Source of the DNA: a virus
Reading direction: 5' to 3' (one strand)
Virus record (IMG/VR): IMGVR_UViG_3300025141_016306
Location: 18,617-82,616 of that record
Length of the DNA stretch: 64,000 bases
The translations under genes were made by a program, and so were the position numbers. Positions 58,295 to 64,000 of the stretch are shown piece by piece (within the stretch, counting starts at the first letter, position 1; every line of letters starts with the position of its first letter). The notes beneath the pieces are model-generated. The model made no database searches and had not been told where the DNA came from. It saw only the letters and a list, made by a program, of their open reading frames with translations.

Positions 58295-58651
58295 TGGTGG
58301 AGACGTTGGGAGTCGAACCCAAGTCCAGAAAAGTTAACTGTTAACGTCATTCACAAGAATAGATGCAATCACCGCCGTTGCACCAGCCACCCAACATCCT
58401 ATCGGGGAATCCATTTGCCACTCTTAAAGGTGTTGGCTACCAAAATTATTTAGTTAATAACTAAATAAAGTTCCCTTTTTTTCTAATTTTTGATATCAAG
58501 GCAGTTAGAAAGCCCCGTGATTAAGCCGCTAGGGCGTAATCAAATTCAACGTTATCGTTGGCTTTTATAAAGGTTGAGTATTTTGGCTGTGTTACTCACA
58601 CAGTCTTGCACGCTAGTCAGATCCGTTTTCTGTCGAAACCGTTTCGTCCCC
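58295..58651 (-). ncRNA. ssrA: tmRNA (one-piece, 357 nt), tag peptide ANDNVEFDYALAA encoded at 58562..58521
   Basis: 5' GGGGACG...TTCGAC and 3' TTGGG-TTCGACT-CCCAA-CGTCTCC-A-CCA form the tRNA-like domain with the G3:U alanine identity pair and encoded CCA; internal frame GCC AAC GAT AAC ... GCC CTA GCG GCT TAA ends in the ALAA degron. Confidence 0.96.
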
Positions 58652-59011
58652 ATGTCTTTCCTTTTCAAAAAACGATTCAATATCGAATTTCTTAATTAGT
58701 TTTCTGAAGTCAGTATAGTCGATTCCTAGGAACTTTGCGCTTTCTTTCTTGGAGCGACATACACTAACGGCTGTTTTCAATACAGCGTCCTGAGTAATAT
58801 CCCGCATAGAATGCCACAAAGGTATACCGTAGAACTTACCGCCTAAAAATCTGGTAGAGAGTTCTAATTTAATAGCTATTAAATCTTCCAATGGAATATT
58901 GTTAATAGTATTAAGCGCTTCTTTATTTAAGATGTCTTCTTTAGTTAGTTTGTTTATTATACTATAATTCTTATAAAGACCGTAGTATTTATTTCTTTTA
59001 TTCCAAGACAT
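58613..59011 (-). CDS. Putative transcription regulator with a C-terminal Fis-like HTH; last 12 codons and stop lie inside the tmRNA
   Basis: DAVLKTAVSVCRSKKESAKFLGIDYTDFRKLIKKFDI resembles the Fis/NtrC HTH; 132 aa. Confidence 0.65.
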   Translation of the reverse strand: MSWNKRNKYYGLYKNYSIINKLTKEDILNKEALNTINNIPLEDLIAIKLELSTRFLGGKFYGIPLWHSMRDITQDAVLKTAVSVCRSKKESAKFLGIDYTDFRKLIKKFDIESFFEKERHGDETVSTENGSD

Positions 59012-59051
59012 ATAAATTAATATTACTTAATAATAATAAGTATTTATATAG

Positions 59052-59080
59052 ATTATATCATATTTGAAGGGATAAGTAAA
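59052..59080 (-). promoter_or_regulatory. Putative sigma70 promoter TTTACT-N17-TATAAT with extended -10 (TGnTATAAT)
   Basis: Seen directly upstream of the HTH/tmRNA unit. Confidence 0.6.
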
Positions 59081-59083
59081 GAA

Positions 59084-59878
59084 CTAAATTGCAAGTTCAT
59101 CAGTTTCTTCGCCTGCAACGTCAAGCGGGGCGCCGGCGCCTTCGTAATCAGGAGAATCTGGTTCATCGCTAGAGACTTGAAGTTCTTCTTCAAATTTATC
59201 GAAATACAGTTTAAGATTGGTAAGTAAATAATCATAGAATAGATCGCGATCTTCAGTATTTGCCAGGCTCTCAAAAGCATCTATAATTTGTTTTTCTACT
59301 TTATTGAAAGTGATGGAAGCAAAATTTCTTCCCGTGAGGTCTTCGCCGGCAATTGTGAAGGTATCTTCGTCTTCCTCTTCTGGTTCTTCGTCTTCCATGT
59401 CAATGTCTCGTACCGGGATGAATTTGTCCTCGACGGCTTCTTCTTCGTCGACATTGATGGTGACATCCTGTTCTTCTAAGGCTTCTGCAGCTTCTTCGGT
59501 ATCTAGATCTGCCACCACTTCAACCGGCTTGAGAGTGTTTTCAATGGCATTTAGAATATGAGATCGAAAAGACGTGCGCTGTTCTGTAGCACTAGTAAGC
59601 GCTTTATAACCTTCTTCGACAATTGGGATAATATTTCTCAGAAGATCTTCCAGCACATTGATGCCTGTGTTTTCATGAGGCTGGGCATCAGGAACGTCGG
59701 TCTTCGCGGCTTCAACAATCAACTTGCGAACAAGAGACCGCAAACGTTCTTCTGCTTTGCCTTCTTGCAGGCTCTGCGCCTTCTTGTTTTCCAAAAAGCG
59801 CTTTAAATCTTTTCGAATGAGTTGGCGCAAGCGCTTTTCTTCTTTTATTTCGTTAATCATTTCATCACGATTGATCAT
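59084..59878 (-). CDS. Acidic hypothetical protein
   Basis: 264 aa, GAGGG RBS, promoter-like AACTATTTACT about 22 nt upstream. Confidence 0.65.
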   Translation of the reverse strand: MINRDEMINEIKEEKRLRQLIRKDLKRFLENKKAQSLQEGKAEERLRSLVRKLIVEAAKTDVPDAQPHENTGINVLEDLLRNIIPIVEEGYKALTSATEQRTSFRSHILNAIENTLKPVEVVADLDTEEAAEALEEQDVTINVDEEEAVEDKFIPVRDIDMEDEEPEEEDEDTFTIAGEDLTGRNFASITFNKVEKQIIDAFESLANTEDRDLFYDYLLTNLKLYFDKFEEELQVSSDEPDSPDYEGAGAPLDVAGEETDELAI

Positions 59879-59881
59879 ATT

Positions 59882-62026
59882 TTATCCCTCAAGGTTGTTT
59901 AGTAAATAGTTGCAGAATTCATTAACAATTTCATCTTCTTCTAGTTTTTTTCGGCGCGGTCTCCGTCGACTCTGAGACGGGTAATGCGCGGCCCCGGCGG
60001 CATTGGCTGAAATTTCTTCCAAATCTTCTTCTTCTGTCTCGTCGCCGTCGTCATCTCTGTGACCGGAAACACGGTGTTCGCCGCGGCCAACGATACCGAT
60101 AGAGGGCAAGCCAAAGCCTTCCTCTAAAACTTCTTCCATCAACCCACGAAAGATGCCCAGATGATACCGGGCCTCCTCCAAGCTAGTTTGCCCCAGCTTT
60201 CCTTTAATTATATCATATATCTGAGCATCATAAAAGCCCATTATTTTTTCAAACGTTTCTTCATCGGCATTTTCTAAGGCGTTACGCAGATTCGTTCCCG
60301 ACATTTCCCCAACTTCGGGGATATCAATTGAAACATGTGGAGCAATTGCTATATAGCCATGTTCCCCCCAACCCTTTAGATCTTCGCCATTGTGGTATTC
60401 GCGAAAATAGCGGGGAGAGCCGTCCTTCTTAACGCCGCCCAAAGCTGCGAAGCGAGGATCTTCGGCCATATCTTTAGCTCCCACATAATATATAACGGCC
60501 GTAGTCTTGGGATTAAAATCCTCAAGAATTTCTAGTGCCCTATAAGGGTTTTTAGTGTTAACCACCCGAGAAGAGGCAATATCGTGCTGAGACGCAATTA
60601 CTTGTTTATCTGAGAAATCAAAAGGAGAGCGGGGTGGCGAGACTTTGTCCGACGTAGCTATAAAGGCATGGTCGTATCCTCTTTCGTCTTGAATTTTTCG
60701 AAAAACTTCCGCATGGTGACGCCCCATGGGCTGAAATCTTCCAGGGTAAATGCCCACAATGTTTTCTATTCTATCAGTCTGCTCGTTTAGATTCATTGGA
60801 GGCATTTTACCTCTACCGTACTTGAATAAGCCTAATAACTGATTAATAGGGGCGAAGTTGCCGGTAAATTTATACATGGCGCAATCACCGCCTTTGTGGC
60901 AGTATTGAAAGGCAAATCCTTCCACCACAGTGTCGACATTATCATGATGTTTTAATTTTTCTAATTGGCGACGTAATATGTCATGAGCCTCGTCCTTATA
61001 GGGCCCTTGATACTTTTGAATTGCGCGAATCGCGGCTTCAACTTCTGTTTTTAACTTCTCCACTTCATGCTCGTTGTCTAAAACATAAGCGCTGTGCAGG
61101 CCACGCAACAATTCTACGGTAAAATCATGTATTGCTGCCTCAATTGGCCACATTTTTTCCTTAATGATTTCAGGGGCTTTTTCTTTAACGAATAAAGTGA
61201 TTTGATCTTTAATATCTCGACCAAGACCTTTTCCGATTTGAGTTAAACTTAAGTGGCCTTCTCTTTTTAAGATTCGCGCGGCCAGTTGTTGTTGCTTTTC
61301 TGCAGAAAGGTCGGAAATGTGTGATTTGATTTGTCGTAATAGTTCTCTTTCTAGTAAATCGTCGATTGTAATATCGCCAGCCAGGCCGGCCGCCTGGATG
61401 CGCGCCAAAGTATCATCGACAACGCGTTCATCAGTAATTTTATTAAGTTCCAAAAACGCGGTGCGGCGCACATTGAAAGGCTCAGTGGCTAGGACTGCCT
61501 CAAACCTATCGATAAGAGCGTCGAGGGCAGCCGATTCTTTTTCGTTATCGACCACTTCGAGTTGATTGTTGTCATGATTGTATCGTTTATGACCCATCCG
61601 ATGAATATTGATAACATTATCATCATAGTTGATCACATTGGCGGCCAATGGTCCTTGGATTTCAGCGTTATAAAATATTTCGCCGTCTTCCCCGAAAATA
61701 GAAGCAATTTCTTTTTCTGAAAGGGTGTGGGCGGCCTTAGCATACGCATCAAAAGCTTCCACGTATGCACGACGCGCTTTCTCGCCGCCTTGAAACTTTC
61801 GAGCTAGCAGGTCATCAAAAGTCATGCCGCCTTTGGCCATATCACCTTTGTTTCTAGCTGCCCGAGGCTCTCCGTTCACATAGCCCAAAAAGATATTAAA
61901 TCCATCAGTCTTCTCGGTACCTACAAGTTCGCCCGCCGCGGCCTTCATTAGGATGTCAGCGATATCATCATAAGTTAAATCTCTATTGTCATAGAGATGA
62001 TTTAAATGTCCGGAAACGCCGCCCAT
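59882..62026 (-). CDS. Fusion: polynucleotide ligase-fold nucleotidyltransferase plus HIGH-class (cytidylyltransferase-like) domain
   Basis: TEKTDG (motif I), NAE (III), EGFAF (IV), YKFTG (V); then IYPGRFQPMGRHH...P.DF..K...VGAKD...MSGT.LR. Confidence 0.65.
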   Translation of the reverse strand: MGGVSGHLNHLYDNRDLTYDDIADILMKAAAGELVGTEKTDGFNIFLGYVNGEPRAARNKGDMAKGGMTFDDLLARKFQGGEKARRAYVEAFDAYAKAAHTLSEKEIASIFGEDGEIFYNAEIQGPLAANVINYDDNVINIHRMGHKRYNHDNNQLEVVDNEKESAALDALIDRFEAVLATEPFNVRRTAFLELNKITDERVVDDTLARIQAAGLAGDITIDDLLERELLRQIKSHISDLSAEKQQQLAARILKREGHLSLTQIGKGLGRDIKDQITLFVKEKAPEIIKEKMWPIEAAIHDFTVELLRGLHSAYVLDNEHEVEKLKTEVEAAIRAIQKYQGPYKDEAHDILRRQLEKLKHHDNVDTVVEGFAFQYCHKGGDCAMYKFTGNFAPINQLLGLFKYGRGKMPPMNLNEQTDRIENIVGIYPGRFQPMGRHHAEVFRKIQDERGYDHAFIATSDKVSPPRSPFDFSDKQVIASQHDIASSRVVNTKNPYRALEILEDFNPKTTAVIYYVGAKDMAEDPRFAALGGVKKDGSPRYFREYHNGEDLKGWGEHGYIAIAPHVSIDIPEVGEMSGTNLRNALENADEETFEKIMGFYDAQIYDIIKGKLGQTSLEEARYHLGIFRGLMEEVLEEGFGLPSIGIVGRGEHRVSGHRDDDGDETEEEDLEEISANAAGAAHYPSQSRRRPRRKKLEEDEIVNEFCNYLLNNLEG

Positions 62027-62287
62027 TTACTTCCCCTCTTCTAATACCTTTACTTGTTCTTCCAAAAGCGTGATTTTTTCTTCCAGCTTGCGGTTTAATT
62101 TTTTTATTTCGTTGAGATGCTGTCGCGCAACGCTTAGTTGACGACTTTCGCGCTGGCTTTTAGGAATAAATTGTTCTAGGATGTTAACAATGGACTCTAC
62201 ATAAGCGCGTACGCTCGGGCGGCTCTTAGCCTCCCCCAATAAGAATCGTTTTGTTAGCTTGTTAAGATCAACCTTCACTTTTTTCAC
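62027..62287 (-). CDS. Hypothetical coiled-coil protein
   Basis: 86 aa, heptad-rich C-terminus, abuts neighbours. Confidence 0.6.
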   Translation of the reverse strand: MKKVKVDLNKLTKRFLLGEAKSRPSVRAYVESIVNILEQFIPKSQRESRQLSVARQHLNEIKKLNRKLEEKITLLEEQVKVLEEGK

Positions 62288-63047
62288 TCAAGATGTCTTG
62301 AATTACACCAGAAACCATCTCACGCAAAGCGGCCTCTTCGTCTTCTTCTAGATCGCGTATACGCGCTTGAGGGTCAATAGGATGGGGATCAGCTTTAAGT
62401 TGAGCTTCCTCTTCTTCTTCCAAAGCTTCTTCGCTAGGGTATTCTTTCTGAACCCCTTCGTAGTTGTCGATAACATTAACCACCGGTACCACGTCTTCAC
62501 TAAGCTCTTGTTTTTCGGGCGCTTTAAAGCCCCATTTTTCCATCAAGAGTGTGTTGAGTTCTTGATTTTTCCAATCTTTTGTCGACATTGATCGATCTCC
62601 TTTGTTTTTAGTGCTTCTATAAATAGTTTCATAAAGTTGAATATTGCTGCTCTTTAAATTGTCTTCCCAATCGCGAAAAAATAAATTTCCACATTCGTAA
62701 GCTTCTCTTTCCATTTCTCGCAAATGTTCGTTGCTCTGTGCGTAACCTTCTTCAGTGGTGCCATGTTCAGATCCTAAATCTCCGCGGCAATTTTGCATAT
62801 GATGAACCAGTTCATGTGACAACGAGCGCAATATATCTTTAGGATGACGCCCCGTTGTATATACCATTATTTTCATCGTGCCGGGTTCATAGGCCGCAGT
62901 GCGCCCCAATGGGTTCTCACTATTCTGGGCATCTTCTAAAAACTCAACAGCGGGTTTCTCTGTGAGGGTAAATTTATCTATAAAAGAAGCAACCAGATTA
63001 TTAGACAATTTTTGTAAATTTTGCATAGAAACCCTGTATTGTGACAT
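62268..63047 (-). CDS. HEXXH metallopeptidase-like protein with an acidic C-terminal part (possible internal start at 62588)
   Basis: TAAY.P...I..Y..GRH.KDILRSLSHELVHH.Q...EREA. Confidence 0.7.
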   Translation of the reverse strand: MSQYRVSMQNLQKLSNNLVASFIDKFTLTEKPAVEFLEDAQNSENPLGRTAAYEPGTMKIMVYTTGRHPKDILRSLSHELVHHMQNCRGDLGSEHGTTEEGYAQSNEHLREMEREAYECGNLFFRDWEDNLKSSNIQLYETIYRSTKNKGDRSMSTKDWKNQELNTLLMEKWGFKAPEKQELSEDVVPVVNVIDNYEGVQKEYPSEEALEEEEEAQLKADPHPIDPQARIRDLEEDEEAALREMVSGVIQDILSEKSEG

Positions 63048-63101
63048 CAATAATTAGTTATATTCTAGGGTTACTGCTCGAAATAAGAAGATTTAAGTAG
63101 A

Positions 63102-63494
63102 TTACCAATGTCCGCTTGTTATCTCACCGATGGCGTTATGAAAACAAATCACTTCATACGCGATACAGGCATGTTTATAGAAAATATACCCGTACGTGAT
63201 CAAACAAACAGCCAATGCATACTTGGCGAGAGGATATTGGCGGATTTTCCACAAGATAATCCCGCTAAGAAAGGTTACCCCCAATTTCACATACATAAAA
63301 AGGCTTAAATCCACATCCATCAGCGCCGCCATCAGGGGGTTGGCTTCACCAGCGTAATGATGATTAACCCAGAGAGCGGACGCAAACGCATCAATTATAC
63401 AAAATCCCATCAAAAAAACCAAAAGGCCCCCGAAGATCTGATCGTAATACTTAGTTTTCACTGTTTTCACTGAAAGCGTCCTCCTCGCAGACAT
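63102..63494 (-). CDS. Integral membrane protein (DUF5658-like)
   Basis: Three hydrophobic helices with D..S...EANPLM...K motif; start set at ATG 63494. Confidence 0.6.
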   Translation of the reverse strand: MSARRTLSVKTVKTKYYDQIFGGLLVFLMGFCIIDAFASALWVNHHYAGEANPLMAALMDVDLSLFMYVKLGVTFLSGIILWKIRQYPLAKYALAVCLITYGYIFYKHACIAYEVICFHNAIGEITSGHW

Positions 63495-63696
63495 GGTTTG
63501 TGTCACCTTCCATTTGTTGAAGGTGTGCAATTAGTTCTAGAAGATCTTCGGTGGTGAGGCACGCGCCCTCTAACCCCTCTAAAGCCTCGGATACAATACT
63601 TTCACACTTGCTGGTTGCATTGTCTATCCTTTTTTCTATACCACACCCTATAAGAAGAAACATCGAAAATAGAACCGCTAAAGTGCCATATTTCAT
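63451..63696 (-). CDS. Small lipoprotein
   Basis: MKYG + hydrophobic stretch + lipobox LIGC; ATGA overlap with the upstream stop. Confidence 0.65.
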   Translation of the reverse strand: MKYGTLAVLFSMFLLIGCGIEKRIDNATSKCESIVSEALEGLEGACLTTEDLLELIAHLQQMEGDTNHVCEEDAFSENSEN

Positions 63697-63998
63697 GGTG
63701 TCTCTGGTGCCTCCTCTCCGCATGCTGTTTCATTCAATATTTCGGACAGATGATTGTAGATTTCCGTTGTAGATGTGGACAGGGGATACCATTTGCCTTT
63801 ATCACTGGCGATTGAAAGCGCTTCCCACCCCGCATTACCGGTTTTATAATAAGAGGGGGAAAAGGTATATATTGACAGGCGTGGATCTTGAGGGATTAAG
63901 TTCACGAGAATGTTTTGGTTAATGTAACCACCATAGGGCCCTCCGGAATTGGGATTGACAGGTGCCACTACATCAGATGTTAGATAACTTTGCCCCTG
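63693..63998 (-). CDS. 3' part of a gene entering from the right edge (...QGQSYLTSDVVAPVN...)
   Basis: The frame of the 63693..63968 ORF stays open to the window end. Confidence 0.55.
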   Translation of the reverse strand, partial: QGQSYLTSDVVAPVNPNSGGPYGGYINQNILVNLIPQDPRLSIYTFSPSYYKTGNAGWEALSIASDKGKWYPLSTSTTEIYNHLSEILNETACGEEAPETP

Positions 63999-64000
63999 CT

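Noticed and set aside
58295-58330. tRNA-Ala gene or prophage attachment site
   Set aside because: The T-arm and CCA pair with a 5' end 357 nt away and enclose a tag frame, so it is a tmRNA; no integrase or duplicated 3' end seen
515-63772. The many short plus-strand and nested minus-strand ORFs in the track
   Set aside because: They lie inside longer motif-bearing genes and show no recognisable motifs; treated as shadow ORFs
1-64000. Stop-codon reassignment
   Set aside because: TAA, TAG and TGA all end genes at sensible boundaries and the standard code gives dense coding with ORFs above 3000 aa

Overview
This window looks like part of a very large tailed bacteriophage genome (myovirus-like, 'jumbo/huge phage' style). 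It uses the standard genetic code and is almost entirely coded on the minus strand; the only credible plus-strand gene is a trypsin-like protease. Reading in transcription order (right to left): (1) 64-51 kb holds membrane/lipoproteins, two HEXXH peptidase-like proteins, a ligase-fold/HIGH-type nucleotidyltransferase fusion, a Fis-like HTH gene overlapping a complete one-piece tmRNA (tag ANDNVEFDYALAA), a tubulin/FtsZ-family GTPase, an archaeal-type GAPDH-like enzyme, PIN-PhoH and a Cas4-like nuclease. (2) 51-29 kb is a ~22 kb, 24-gene nucleotide-sugar synthesis, tailoring and glycosyltransferase island. (3) 29-27 kb holds a phage sigma-factor-like gene and small genes. (4) 27-0 kb is a baseplate module: OB-fold/amidase lysin, spike with HxH apex, a 3232-aa unknown protein, gp25- and gp6-like wedge proteins and a 3156-aa LamG-bearing protein. 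Two hypotheses stand out. The first is a virion glycosylation system: the sugar island plus selective enrichment of [S/T]-[G/A/S]-S tripeptides in particular baseplate proteins. The second is an arfA-like circuit in which tmRNA 5' maturation would cut the upstream HTH mRNA in frame and remove its stop codon. All functional calls come from motif recognition by eye; no database searches were run.
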